Assembly (NCBI GenBank): GCA_934613415.1
Contig: CAKTSY010000005.1
Span: forward strand, 180,518 to 212,517
DNA length: 32,000 nt
Direction: 5' to 3'
Source of the DNA: an uncultured Opitutales bacterium
GTDB lineage: Bacteria; Verrucomicrobiota; Verrucomicrobiia; Opitutales; Intestinicryptomonadaceae
Translations under genes and position numbers: made by a program
The notes under the pieces: model-generated
Told to the model about the DNA's origin: nothing
Database searches by the model: none
Seen by the model: only the letters and a program-made list of their open reading frames with translations
Part shown: piece after piece, positions 1 to 9,580 of the stretch
How positions within the stretch are numbered: the stretch's first letter is position 1
Layout of the letters: each line of letters begins with the position of its first letter

Positions 1-1423
1 AGACGAAATAGAGCCGATTAAAGAGCTTTTAAAATCGGTAGACGGCACTTTGTGCAAAGCTTTGGCGGAAAATATAGGAACATTTGCCGAATTAAAGGAA
101 CGCCTTAAAAACGCCCTTAACGACGAACTGCCCATAAAGATAGCCGAAGGCGGCGTTATACGAAGCGGCTTTAACCAAGAGCTAGACGACACGCGCAACC
201 TAAGCGTAAATTCAAAAAAATGGCTGTCCGACTTCGAGGCAAACGAACAGGCGCAAACTGGCATTAAAAATTTGCGCGTAAAGCACACGGCCCCATTCGG
301 GTTTTCCATAGAGGTAACAAAATCGTTTTTGCATTTGGTGCCCGCCCACTACATAAGAAGGCAAACCCTTGTAAACGCCGAAAGGTTTACAACCGACGAG
401 CTCCGCAAAAAGGAAACCGAAATTTTAAATTCCGAAGAAAAGGCATTGCAGCTCGAGCAAAAGATTTTCGACGAACTTGTAGACTATGTTCTTGAAAGTT
501 TCGACCCCCTTATAGACACCGCCGAAACCCTTGCAAAGGTAGACGTATTTTGCTCGTATGCCAAGCTTGCGCTAGATTGGGACTATTGCCTGCCCAAAGT
601 AGACAATTCCGACACGCTAGACATTGTTCAGGGCAGACACGTTGTGATAGAACAAATGCTTGCCAACGGCAAAACGGGGCTTTCCGACAAGTTTGTTCCG
701 AACGATACTTTCCTGTCTTCAAGCGGCGAGCAAATTGCGCTTATAACGGGGCCGAATATGGCGGGCAAATCAACCTACATAAGGCAGACGGCGCTTATTG
801 CAATTTTGGCGCAAATGGGTTGTTTTGTTCCAGCAAAAGAGTGCACAATGGGGCTAATCGACAAAGTGTTTAGCCGAGTTGGAGCTTCCGACGAGCTTTC
901 GCGCGGCAACTCGACATTTATGGTCGAGATGAACGAAACGGCAAATATTTTAAACAACGCAACAAATAAGTCGCTTATTATATTAGACGAAATAGGCAGG
1001 GGAACAAGCACCTACGACGGCCTTAGCATTGCCTGGGCAATAGTAGAATATCTGCACGGCGACGAAAAGTCGGGCCCAAAAACTTTGTTTGCAACCCACT
1101 ACCACGAGCTTACAAAGCTTGAAGGCCTTTTAAACAGGCTTGTAAACTACAAAGTTTGCGTAAGGGAATATAACGACGAAATCATATTTGTAAGAACCAT
1201 AGAGCGCGGCCAGGCCGACAAGTCTTACGGCATACAGGTGGCAAAGCTGGCGGGGCTACCCAACGAAGTTATAGAAAGGGCAAAAAGCGTGCTTAGCGAG
1301 ATAGAAAACGAGGGCAACATTGTCGTTTGCAGGCTAGACTCGGCAAAGGGTGCAACACCCAAGCCGCGCCGCGAGCGCAAAAAAGACGCCCAAGGGGGAG
1401 CTACCCAGCTGTTTTTCCTTTAA
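1..1423 (+). CDS. mutS: DNA mismatch repair protein MutS, C-terminal part; the gene starts left of the window
   Basis: The frame is open from base 2, so the TTG at 50 is only the ORF caller's start. Walker A TGPNMAGKSTYIRQ, Walker B LIILDEIGRGTSTYDG and the ATHYHELT motif are present. Confidence 0.93.
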   Translation, partial: DEIEPIKELLKSVDGTLCKALAENIGTFAELKERLKNALNDELPIKIAEGGVIRSGFNQELDDTRNLSVNSKKWLSDFEANEQAQTGIKNLRVKHTAPFGFSIEVTKSFLHLVPAHYIRRQTLVNAERFTTDELRKKETEILNSEEKALQLEQKIFDELVDYVLESFDPLIDTAETLAKVDVFCSYAKLALDWDYCLPKVDNSDTLDIVQGRHVVIEQMLANGKTGLSDKFVPNDTFLSSSGEQIALITGPNMAGKSTYIRQTALIAILAQMGCFVPAKECTMGLIDKVFSRVGASDELSRGNSTFMVEMNETANILNNATNKSLIILDEIGRGTSTYDGLSIAWAIVEYLHGDEKSGPKTLFATHYHELTKLEGLLNRLVNYKVCVREYNDEIIFVRTIERGQADKSYGIQVAKLAGLPNEVIERAKSVLSEIENEGNIVVCRLDSAKGATPKPRRERKKDAQGGATQLFFL

Positions 1424-1484
1424 AATTTGTGGATATTTTTGCTTTAAAGCGGCATATATAAAAAGGCTTTAACCCGAAAATGCA

Positions 1485-2954
1485 ATGAACGAACAGCTTA
1501 AAGACAAAGTGTTGAATTTGCCCCACAAAAGCGGCGTTTATATTATGAAAGACGCTTTCGGGCAGGCGATATACATAGGCAAGGCAAAAGACTTAAAAAA
1601 GAGGGTTTCGCAGTATTTCCAAAAATCGCGCAAGCTGCACAGTTTTAAAATTCCATATATGGTAGACACCGTAGACGATTTGGAATTTTTTGAAACCAAA
1701 AACGAACAGCAGGCACTGATACTTGAAAGCCGCCTTATCGGCGAATGGAAGCCCCGATATAATACCGATTTAAAAGACAATAAAAACTTTTTGCTTTTAA
1801 GGGTTGAATATTTTAGAGAGCTTCCAGTATTTTCGCTTTGCAGAAATAGGATAGACGACAACTGCGCCTATTTTGGCCCCTATCCTACAGCCGCGCGCAT
1901 AAGAGAGGTTTTGGCGTTGCTGAAAAAAAACTTCGGGGTAATTTCGTCGGACGCAAAGCCCCAAAAAGACGCCGACGGCCTTTACACCCTATACAACGAT
2001 GCCCGCGCCGAAATATACGGCGAAAACAAAAAAATATCGGCGCAAGAATATATGCAAAGGGTAGACAAAGCCGTAGAGTTTTTAAAGGGCGACTCGCTTG
2101 AATTGCTGGACGACTTTGAAGAAAAAATGCAAAAGGCTTCGGAAAACCTTAAGTTTGAAGAGGCGGCAAAATATAGGGATTTGATTTTTGCAGTAAGGGA
2201 AACCCTCAAGCTAAACCGAATGAGAAACTCGGCGGCAGACCTTTCGCGAAGTCCGAAAAAAGTGGCGCAAGAGGCAATTGCCAGACTAACCGAATGCTTG
2301 GGAGCAAAAGAGCCGATTTTAACTATGGAATGTTTCGACATTTCGCACATTTCGGGCAGTTTTTGCGTGGCCTCGATGGTAAGGTTCGAAAACGGGCTGC
2401 CGTGCAAGGCAAAATACAGGCATTTTAAGATTAAAAGCTTTGTCGGCAACGACGACTTTAGGGCTATGAACGAAGTTGTAAAACGCCGCTACCTTAGGGT
2501 AGACACCCCGCCCGACTTGCTTGTTATAGACGGCGGTCAAGGACAGTTGTCGGCAACAAACAAAGTTTTTGAAGAAGTGCAAAACCGCCCGAAAATGATA
2601 GTAGGCCTTGCCAAGCGCGAAGAAACCATTGTTTTGGCAACCGACTATTCCGAAATAAAGCTTCCCAAAAGCGACGAAGCCTTAAAACTTATGCAGCGAA
2701 TACGCGACGAAGCGCACCGCTTTGCAAACTCCTTCAACGCCTTTTTAAGGGCAAAAAAGATAAGAGAAAGCGTGTTGGACGATTTCGGAATGGGCGAAAA
2801 GCGAAAGATTGAGCTTTTAAAAAAATTCGGCTCAATAAGCGAATTGAAAAAGGCAACCCCGCAAAGCATTGCCGAAATAAAGGGTATTAGCCTAAACTAT
2901 GCCGAAAAACTTTTAACATTTTTAAACGAACAGACAAATGCGCACAAAAGTTAA
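1485..2954 (+). CDS. uvrC: Excinuclease ABC subunit C (compact, 489 aa)
   Basis: N-terminal GIY-YIG (GVYIMKDAFGQAIYIGKAKDLKKRVSQYF), UVR domain (KFEEAAKYRDLIFAVRE), endonuclease core (CFDISHISG ... LLVIDGGQGQL) and C-terminal HhH pair. Confidence 0.9.
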   Translation: MNEQLKDKVLNLPHKSGVYIMKDAFGQAIYIGKAKDLKKRVSQYFQKSRKLHSFKIPYMVDTVDDLEFFETKNEQQALILESRLIGEWKPRYNTDLKDNKNFLLLRVEYFRELPVFSLCRNRIDDNCAYFGPYPTAARIREVLALLKKNFGVISSDAKPQKDADGLYTLYNDARAEIYGENKKISAQEYMQRVDKAVEFLKGDSLELLDDFEEKMQKASENLKFEEAAKYRDLIFAVRETLKLNRMRNSAADLSRSPKKVAQEAIARLTECLGAKEPILTMECFDISHISGSFCVASMVRFENGLPCKAKYRHFKIKSFVGNDDFRAMNEVVKRRYLRVDTPPDLLVIDGGQGQLSATNKVFEEVQNRPKMIVGLAKREETIVLATDYSEIKLPKSDEALKLMQRIRDEAHRFANSFNAFLRAKKIRESVLDDFGMGEKRKIELLKKFGSISELKKATPQSIAEIKGISLNYAEKLLTFLNEQTNAHKS

Positions 2955-3819
2955 AATAATTAGCGGGCCGACTTGTTCGGGCAAAAGCGCAAGGGCTGTA
3001 GAATATGCTTTGCAAAACAACGCCGAAATTATTTCGTGCGACTCGGTTCAAGTTTATAAATATATGGACATAGGGTCTGCAAAGCTTAGCCCAAGCGAAA
3101 TGTGCGGCATAACGCACCACTTAATAGACGTATGCGCCCCAAGCGAAATGTTCGACGTTTCAAAATATGTAGAATATTCAAAAAAAGCCGTTGCCGATAT
3201 TTTGGCAAAGGGCAAAAACATTGTAGTTGCAGGCGGCAGCCCCTTTTATTTAAAGGCGTGGTTTTGCGCCGTTATCGACAACATACAAGTTCCCGACGAA
3301 ATAAGGCAAAAGGTAAGAAATATAGAGCTTTCGGGGGGAGCAGACGCCTTAAAAGAAGAGCTTTTAAAGCTAGACAATAGCGCCGCAAATTTTGTCGATA
3401 TGGAAAACCCGCGAAGAACCGCAAGAGCCATTGAACGAATTTTGGCAAGCGGCAAAAAACTTGCCGATATTGTAGCCGAATTTAAGGCAAAGCCATGCCC
3501 CTTCGGCGACATAGAAAGAGACGTTGAAATTTTGGATTTCGACAATGCCGAAATTGAAAAGCGCATAGCAAAAAGAACAAAAACAATGCTGGAAAACGGA
3601 CTTTTGGACGAGTGCAAAAAACTGCTTAATTTGAACGTAAAAAACAACCCATCGGCCATGGGGGCAATAGGCTATAAAGAGTGTTTTGCCGCCATAGAAA
3701 GCGGCAATGTAGATGCCGATGCTTTATTTTGCGAAATTTCTAAAAACACCCTTAAACTTGTAAAAAAGCAAAGAAAATTTTTAAGGGGCATTTTGCGCCA
3801 AAATTTTCTTCCGCAATAA
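2938..3819 (+). CDS. miaA: tRNA dimethylallyltransferase
   Basis: P-loop IISGPTCSGKSARAVEYA and overall IPP-transferase layout. Overlaps the uvrC end by 17 nt. Confidence 0.9.
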   Translation: MRTKVKIISGPTCSGKSARAVEYALQNNAEIISCDSVQVYKYMDIGSAKLSPSEMCGITHHLIDVCAPSEMFDVSKYVEYSKKAVADILAKGKNIVVAGGSPFYLKAWFCAVIDNIQVPDEIRQKVRNIELSGGADALKEELLKLDNSAANFVDMENPRRTARAIERILASGKKLADIVAEFKAKPCPFGDIERDVEILDFDNAEIEKRIAKRTKTMLENGLLDECKKLLNLNVKNNPSAMGAIGYKECFAAIESGNVDADALFCEISKNTLKLVKKQRKFLRGILRQNFLPQ

Positions 3820-3857
3820 AAGTTCAAAAATGCAACTCATAAGTCGCCCTCTTGCGG

Positions 3858-4799
3858 CTATTTTTTTACCTGAACTTTTATTACGGTTCTGCCCCCTTGC
3901 ATTTCTTCGGGCACGCCAAGGCTGTTAAATTTAAAGTCGGTTTCCATTTCCTTCGACTGCCCTTTGCGCAATGTAATGGAAGCGTCGCTACCGTATACAT
4001 TTCCGCCGCCCGTGTTGCTTTGTTGAACGGGTAACTTTTCCAGCTTGGGCAAGTCGGTTACCTTTGGGCGCACGGGCGTTTTTGGCACTTCAACAAAATT
4101 GCCGTCTTCGTCTATCGGCTTCGACGACATTGCCTTTGGTAGCGCAATCTTTAGCCTGTCGCGCTTTATCTGCGTATTCGAAATATCGAACAAATCCAAA
4201 ATGCTTTCGTCTTTTTGGTTTAGGTCTGCCCCCGCCTTTTTTATGGCTATGCCCGACTCGCCGTCGGTTGGCTTGCGCGAGTAATATTTGTTTATGTCCG
4301 ACATAGACCTTTCTATGTGGTCGTTATAGTCGGCGCGTATTTTGTTGTGAAAGCGACTGCGTTTTTCGGTGTCGAATCCGCCTTCGTATTTTTTCGACAT
4401 ATTGCGGTCGGCGTTGTCCAGAATAAAATCTTCGGGCACGCCGTTGTAGCGCGAAGTTTGCGAATATTGCGAAAATTCGGGGACTGAATATTTTTTGTCG
4501 GAACCCGAAAAATTTTCGTCTGAAAACGCCGATTTTTGCCCGTTAATAGAGGCCATTTGGGAAGCCCCGCCCCAAGCTTTGTCGGCATTTTCGTTTTTAA
4601 AGCTTTTGTAGCGCATATCCGAGCCTTGAAAGCTTTTTTTAAAGGCGTCGCTTTCCTTGCCGTCGTAGCGTTTGTTAAGTGTGGCGTTTGCGCGCGTAAA
4701 GTCGGTGGCTTTTACCTGAGCAAAAAGCCCGTTTGCCGCCAACACGGCAAATAGCACAAAAACTGACGCCCTAAAAAACATTCTAAGCTTTAATTCCAA
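3858..4799 (-). CDS. Hypothetical secreted protein, low complexity and probably disordered
   Basis: 313-aa ORF with an N-terminal signal-like segment (MFFRASVFVLFAVLAANGLFAQ). An alternative ATG at 4781 would remove the 17-nt overlap with parB. No family recognised. Confidence 0.6.
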   Translation of the reverse strand: MELKLRMFFRASVFVLFAVLAANGLFAQVKATDFTRANATLNKRYDGKESDAFKKSFQGSDMRYKSFKNENADKAWGGASQMASINGQKSAFSDENFSGSDKKYSVPEFSQYSQTSRYNGVPEDFILDNADRNMSKKYEGGFDTEKRSRFHNKIRADYNDHIERSMSDINKYYSRKPTDGESGIAIKKAGADLNQKDESILDLFDISNTQIKRDRLKIALPKAMSSKPIDEDGNFVEVPKTPVRPKVTDLPKLEKLPVQQSNTGGGNVYGSDASITLRKGQSKEMETDFKFNSLGVPEEMQGGRTVIKVQVKK

Positions 4800-5730
4800 T
4801 TATGTCCAATATGCGGGCAAGGTCGTCGTTGCCAACATAGTCGATTATAATTTTGCCCTTTTTGGAGGAATGCTTTATTTCGACATTCGCGTTAAGCTTT
4901 TCTCTTATCTTGTTTTCCAAGTCGTGCAAAACCGCGCTTTGGCGAGTAGAAGAGCCCACCTTTGCGTCGGGCGAAGACGTTTTTGCGCTTTTAATTTTAG
5001 CCACGGCAATTTCGGTTGCCCTAACGTTCATATCGGTTTCTACAATACGGCGCGCAAGAGCCGCCTGCTGGGCTTTGTCGTCTAACCCAAGCAGCACTTT
5101 TGCGTTGCCAACCGACAACCTTCCCGCCGACACCAAATTTTGAACCTCTTTCGGCAGCGTAAGCAACCTTAGCGAATTTGCAACAGCCGAGCGCGATTTG
5201 CCAATTCTACGCGAAAGCATATCCTGGGTAAGCTTAAAGTTTGCCATAAGGTTGGCAAAGCCCAAAGCCTCTTCCATGGGGTTTAGGTCGCTTCTTTGCA
5301 AGTTTTCTATAAGCCCCTTAACCGCCGACGACGCATCGGAAGCCGTTTGCACGTTTGCCATAATGCGTTTTAAGCCTAGCTGCTTGCACGCCCTCCAGCG
5401 TCTTTCGCCGGCAATAAGCTCGAAATTTCCGTCTGCAAGTTTCCTTACCACAATCGGCTGCATTAGGCCCTCCGAAGCAATGCTTTCGGCAAGCTCGTTT
5501 ACCTCTTCGGGCAAAAATTCCCTTCTTGCCTGAAAGGGGCTGGGTACTATTTTGTCTATCAAAATTTCGCTATACAAATTTTGCGCCGAAAATTGCGAAG
5601 CCGGCGCGTTTGCCGCCTGCTTTTCGGGAGCTGCCGCCTGCGCTTTTACCTGCGGCTTTACAACCGCTTTGCCGCCGCCTGCTATTATCGACGAAAGCCC
5701 CCTGCCCAACGATTTTCTCTCTTTAGCCAT
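4783..5730 (-). CDS. parB: Chromosome partitioning protein ParB/Spo0J
   Basis: ParB box LIAGERRWRACKQLG, HTH LTQDMLSRRIGKSRSAVANSLRLL, and conserved N-terminus MAKERKSLGRGLSSII. The start is therefore placed at ATG 5730 rather than the track's 5775. Confidence 0.9.
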   Translation of the reverse strand: MAKERKSLGRGLSSIIAGGGKAVVKPQVKAQAAAPEKQAANAPASQFSAQNLYSEILIDKIVPSPFQARREFLPEEVNELAESIASEGLMQPIVVRKLADGNFELIAGERRWRACKQLGLKRIMANVQTASDASSAVKGLIENLQRSDLNPMEEALGFANLMANFKLTQDMLSRRIGKSRSAVANSLRLLTLPKEVQNLVSAGRLSVGNAKVLLGLDDKAQQAALARRIVETDMNVRATEIAVAKIKSAKTSSPDAKVGSSTRQSAVLHDLENKIREKLNANVEIKHSSKKGKIIIDYVGNDDLARILDIIGIKA

Positions 5731-5743
5731 ATTAAACTTGCTC

Positions 5744-6313
5744 CTATTCCTGCGGGACAAACAACTTTTGCCCAACTCTTAAAGACGTGGGGTCCGAAAT
5801 GTGGTTTGCGTCTTGTATCCAGCTAATTCTAGATTTTAGCTTGCGCGCAATTTTGCTAAGGCTGTCGCCGCTTTGAACAACGTAGGGAACGCCCGTTTGC
5901 GGGTATTCGTTAGAAAATGTTCTTTGCGGCTCGGCCTTGGGTTTTTCGTTTACAGCTCCCGCCAATTTTGCCATTGCGCTGTTTGTCTGCGAAGCCATAG
6001 AATCTAAGTCCTTCTTAACTTCCGAAATTATCTCGCGCTTTAACGCCGCCATTTTGGCGTCTACCGAAGTTTGCAACGAAGCCGACTGCGCCTTAACCGC
6101 ATCGCTTGAAACCGAAGAGTTTTCGGCGGCTCTTATACGAGATGCCAAAGCTTCGTTCTCGCGCCTTAGCTGTTCAACCTCCAGTCTAAGCTGACCTACT
6201 TCGCGGCGCATAAGGGCAACGTCTTGCGTAAGGTCTGCCAAAGTAGATGTTTGGGCGTTAAGGGGTAGTGCCGTTGCTAAAACGGCGGCCGAAAATAAAA
6301 ATTGTCTAATCAT
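5744..6313 (-). CDS. Secreted coiled-coil protein with C-terminal LysM domain
   Basis: Signal peptide MIRQFLFSAAVLATALPLNAQ (start moved to ATG 6313). Heptad-like LRLEVEQLRRENEAL. C-terminal LysM YVVQSGDSLSKIARKL...VGQKLFVP. Confidence 0.75.
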   Translation of the reverse strand: MIRQFLFSAAVLATALPLNAQTSTLADLTQDVALMRREVGQLRLEVEQLRRENEALASRIRAAENSSVSSDAVKAQSASLQTSVDAKMAALKREIISEVKKDLDSMASQTNSAMAKLAGAVNEKPKAEPQRTFSNEYPQTGVPYVVQSGDSLSKIARKLKSRISWIQDANHISDPTSLRVGQKLFVPQE

Positions 6314-6458
6314 AACTGCTATAAAGTTAAGCCAGATTACCGATATTTCAACGCTAAAAAGCAATATTCTTCTACAATTTGCACAAAATTTGGCGCAAAA
6401 ATAAATTTTCGGCAAATTTTTACTTTAAATTGGCGGCGTTTTCCTGAAAATATGCCCT

Positions 6459-7605
6459 ATGATTATAGATTCGCAAATACGCGCCGACATAGACGACATA
6501 AAAAAACGAGCCTCGCACCTGTGGAGGTTTCTTTGACGTAGAAGGAAAGCAAAAACTTATTACCGAAAAGGAAGCCGTTATGGCTTCGGACACCTTTTGG
6601 AACGACCAAAGCGCGGCGCAAAAAACCATAAACGAACTAAATTCGCTAAAGGCTGCAGTTGGCCCGCAGCTTGAACTAAAAACCAAGCTAGACGACCTTC
6701 TTGTTTTGGAAGAGCTTGTAAAAGAATCGGAAAACGACCCCGATTTGGCGCAGGAACTGGCAAACGAATGCCAAGCTTTATACAAGTTTTTGGACGAGGC
6801 GGAAATAAAGTCGTTTTTGTCGGGCCCTTTGGACGCAAACAACGCCATTATTACCATACACGCGGGAGCTGGCGGCACCGAAAGCTGCGACTGGTGCGAA
6901 ATGCTCTTTAGAATGTACACGCGCTGGGTTGAAAAACGCGGCTGGAAGATGGAAATAGACGACCTGCAAGCCGGAGAAGAAGCGGGATTTTCGAAAATTA
7001 CCGCAAGGATTATAGGCGACCATGCCTACGGCTACTGCAAATCGGAACGCGGAGTGCACAGGCTTGTAAGGATAAGCCCTTTCGACTCGAACAAGCGCAG
7101 GCACACCTCGTTTTGCTCGGTAGACGTTATCGCCGAAATTCAGGACGACCTTTTGGATTTCCAAATTCCCGACGAGGATTTGAGGATAGACACCTACCGC
7201 TCGAGCGGCAAGGGCGGCCAGCATGTAAATAAAACCGAAAGCGCGGTAAGGATAACGCACATACCTACGGGCATTGTGGTTTCCTGCCAAAACGAGCGCA
7301 GCCAAATAAAGAACAAAGCCACCGCAATGAAGGAGCTTAAAAGCCGCCTTTACGAGCGTATGCAAGACGAAAAGCGCGCCGAAATGGACAAATTTTACGG
7401 CGAAAAGGGAGAGATTTCGTGGGGCAACCAAATACGAAGCTATGTATTTCAGCCCTACCAAATGGTAAAAGACCTGCGTACGGGAGCGCAAACGGGCAAT
7501 ATGACGGCCGTTATGGACGGCGACATAGACCTTTTTGTAAACGCCTTTTTAAGGGCGGGCTGCCCTACTTGCCGCAACAAAAACATACAGATAGACGACG
7601 AATAG
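6459..7605 (+). CDS. prfB: Peptide chain release factor 2, expressed through a programmed +1 frameshift at 6531-6537
   Basis: The short frame-0 ORF ATG6459...CTT TGA encodes [25 protein letters not shown]. The +1 frame continues [25 protein letters not shown] into the 341-aa ORF, which carries SPF (RISPFDS) and GGQ ([13 protein letters not shown]). Confidence 0.93.
6523..6537 (+). promoter_or_regulatory. RF2 autoregulatory +1 frameshift cassette: internal SD GGAGG, 3-nt spacer, CTT TGA C
   Basis: Read directly as GGAGG(6523-6527) TTT CTT(6531-6533) TGA(6534-6536) C. Same architecture as the classical prfB recoding site. Confidence 0.88.
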
Positions 7606-7643
7606 GATTTACAAAATCAGGCAAATTAAAAATAATTGGCACC

Positions 7644-8309
7644 ATGAATAACCTGCAAAAGAATTTTATCATAGCAATGTGTCTTATAGCGTTTGTCTGC
7701 TGCATATTTGCGGTAAAATATGCACGGCAAAAGACCGAAACAATTTCGCTTGCAGAACGCGTAGAAAGTCAGGAAAGCCTGGCAAAAAGGCAGCAAAAAG
7801 AGGCTCAACAAATTAAGGACATTGCAGAACGCGCCCGAATTAAGGCATTAAGCGACCTTAAAAAAGCCGAGCAAGCCCGCAAAATGCTTGAAAAAACAAA
7901 AGCCCAAAGCGAAAAGAACCAGCAAAAACTTTTGGCAGATTTAAACGCCCAGCTAGAAAGGGAGGCCAACGCCCGAAGCTCGGCCGAAAGCGCGTCTATT
8001 GAGCTTGCTCGCCAAAAAGAGGCTTTGCAAAAGGCGGTAAGCGATGCCCGACAAACCATTGCAAAGCTCCAGCAAACTACTATGGGCAAAAACGACACCG
8101 ACAAATTGCTGGATTTCTATAAAAACCTGATAAGGGAAAAAGACGCCGAAATTGCCGACCTAAAGCAAAAGCAGCAGGAGCTAGACCAGCTAAAGAAAAA
8201 CGCCGAAGCCGCCCAAATTGCAACCGAAAAGGAAATTTTAAATAAGGGCGGCACAATTACACTGCCCAAAAGCCGCAGGCTGCTTTCGCCCAATTTTAGG
8301 GGAATGTAA
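7644..8309 (+). CDS. Membrane-anchored coiled-coil protein, unknown function
   Basis: The internal ATG 7644 gives MNNLQKNFIIAMCLIAFVCCIFAV (one TM) followed by about 190 aa rich in K/E/Q/A. The upstream part of the track ORF (7419-7643) overlaps prfB and is discarded. Confidence 0.6.
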   Translation: MNNLQKNFIIAMCLIAFVCCIFAVKYARQKTETISLAERVESQESLAKRQQKEAQQIKDIAERARIKALSDLKKAEQARKMLEKTKAQSEKNQQKLLADLNAQLEREANARSSAESASIELARQKEALQKAVSDARQTIAKLQQTTMGKNDTDKLLDFYKNLIREKDAEIADLKQKQQELDQLKKNAEAAQIATEKEILNKGGTITLPKSRRLLSPNFRGM

Positions 8310-8335
8310 AAAATTTGCATTACCCGTAAAAAAGG

Positions 8336-8373
8336 AACGCCCGCTTGGCATAACACCAAACGGGCGTGTTTTT
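8336..8373. terminator. Bidirectional rho-independent terminator between convergent genes
   Basis: ACGCCCG c TTGG cataaca CCAA a CGGGCGT, flanked by an A-run on the left and T6 on the right. Confidence 0.6.
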
Positions 8374-8400
8374 TATATACAACCTTAGATAAGAAAGTTA

Positions 8401-8832
8401 CTACAAAGCCGCCAGCATTTTCAGCTCGTTTTCAAGCAAAGTTGCGCTTAGGTTGTCTATTTCGTTGCCCAACTTTTCTATTGAGCGGTTGTTGCGGTTA
8501 TATTCAAGCTCGCAAACAACATTGTTTTGCATTGCATTTACCAATTCGGCGTCGCTGGGCAGAGGCTCTAAAGCGTAGTTTGCATAGCCAAAATACAACG
8601 CCAAAGCGGCAGCCGCCGAAAGCACTGTGCCCCAAAACGCCCTTATTTTTGCGCTTTTGCCCTTTTCGCGCCCTATTTGCGCCAAAAGCTTGTCGGTAAA
8701 TTCGTCGCTTAAGGCTATTTTTTGCAATGCTAAACATTCGTCTATTTTGGCGTCTACAAGCGTTTTTTGCACAAAATCGTCGTTCAACGCCACTTTGTTT
8801 TTCAAAAAAAGTTCGTCTATCTTATTATTCAT
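8401..8832 (-). CDS. Putative single-pass anti-sigma factor
   Basis: Overlaps the stop of the ECF sigma gene by 8 nt. One TM (AFWGTVLSAAAALALYFGYA) lies between two soluble halves. No family motif recognised, so the call rests on context. Confidence 0.5.
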   Translation of the reverse strand: MNNKIDELFLKNKVALNDDFVQKTLVDAKIDECLALQKIALSDEFTDKLLAQIGREKGKSAKIRAFWGTVLSAAAALALYFGYANYALEPLPSDAELVNAMQNNVVCELEYNRNNRSIEKLGNEIDNLSATLLENELKMLAAL

Positions 8833-9403
8833 ATTCCTTAAACGCCTTTCTAAGAGTTTCTCTTGCCCTGTGTATCCACGTCTTTACCGCCCCAACCGAC
8901 GCCGACATAGCCTCGGCAATTTCGTCGTAGCTTAGCTGTTGCTGCTTAAGCAAAAGTATGGCAGTTCGCTGATTTTCGGGCATATCCTTTATCGTATTTT
9001 CAAAAAGCTCTTCAAGCTCGCTTGCAGAAGACGTGTCTTCGAACACCGCGCACGACTCCATATCGGAGGGGTCTACCGCCTCTACGGGCTTTGCGCTTCG
9101 GTGGTTGTTGATAAGCACGCACCTTGCAATAAAGAAAAGATACGTCGAAAACTTTGCCTTTACCTTATACGAAGCCCTTGCCTTGTATAAATTTATAAAG
9201 GTTTGCCAGGTTAGGTCTTCCGACAAGAATGCGTCGTTTGTAGAGCGGAAAAAGTAGTTTATTATGGGATTTTTCCACTTTTGCACCAATATGCGAAAGG
9301 CATTGTCGTCGCCCTTCGATACCGAAAGCATTAAAACGGCGTCTGTATCGGTTATAGTGTCCATTACGTTATTTTCGGACATATCTGCCAAAATCTCGTT
9401 CAT
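8825..9403 (-). CDS. RNA polymerase sigma factor, ECF (sigma-70 group 4) family
   Basis: Region 2-like FRILVQKWKNPIINYFFR and region 4 HTH LSYDEIAEAMSASVGAVKTWIHRARETLRKAF. Confidence 0.85.
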   Translation of the reverse strand: MNEILADMSENNVMDTITDTDAVLMLSVSKGDDNAFRILVQKWKNPIINYFFRSTNDAFLSEDLTWQTFINLYKARASYKVKAKFSTYLFFIARCVLINNHRSAKPVEAVDPSDMESCAVFEDTSSASELEELFENTIKDMPENQRTAILLLKQQQLSYDEIAEAMSASVGAVKTWIHRARETLRKAFKEYE

Positions 9404-9580
9404 TTTACGAGATTAAAAAAGATTTGCCGAAAAAAGTTTCAGTTAAAAATATTTTTACGGCTAAAAAAGTTATAAAAATGCCCTCTTTTTTAAAAATTTT
9501 AAAAAAAGACTGGACTAGACAAAAAAAACTGCTAAGTTTTACCTTTTAATTTTTATAAACATACATAGTAGGAAATCAAA

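Noticed and set aside
6302-6541. 79-aa ORF upstream of and overlapping the prfB start.
   Set aside because: It is in a different frame from the RF2 leader peptide and has no SD. The region is explained by the LysM/prfB divergent intergenic region and the prfB frame-0 leader (6459-6536).
6778-7491. 237-aa ORF antisense to prfB. Similar long antisense ORFs occur at 6420-6920, 11673-12542, 12661-13197, 13973-14479, 15304-15822, 17279-17773, 21751-22599 and 23331-23936.
   Set aside because: Each lies fully inside a strongly supported gene on the other strand. They have odd composition (Arg/Ala/Phe-rich, no motifs) and are typical mirror-frame artefacts of codon bias.
9404-9580. Very AT-rich divergent intergenic region with many A5-A8 tracts; considered as phased, intrinsically bent DNA.
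   Set aside because: Tract spacings read off the sequence are about 15, 15, 18, 11, 18, 9 and 20 nt. These are not in helical phase, so no bending claim is made. It is probably just a promoter-rich spacer.
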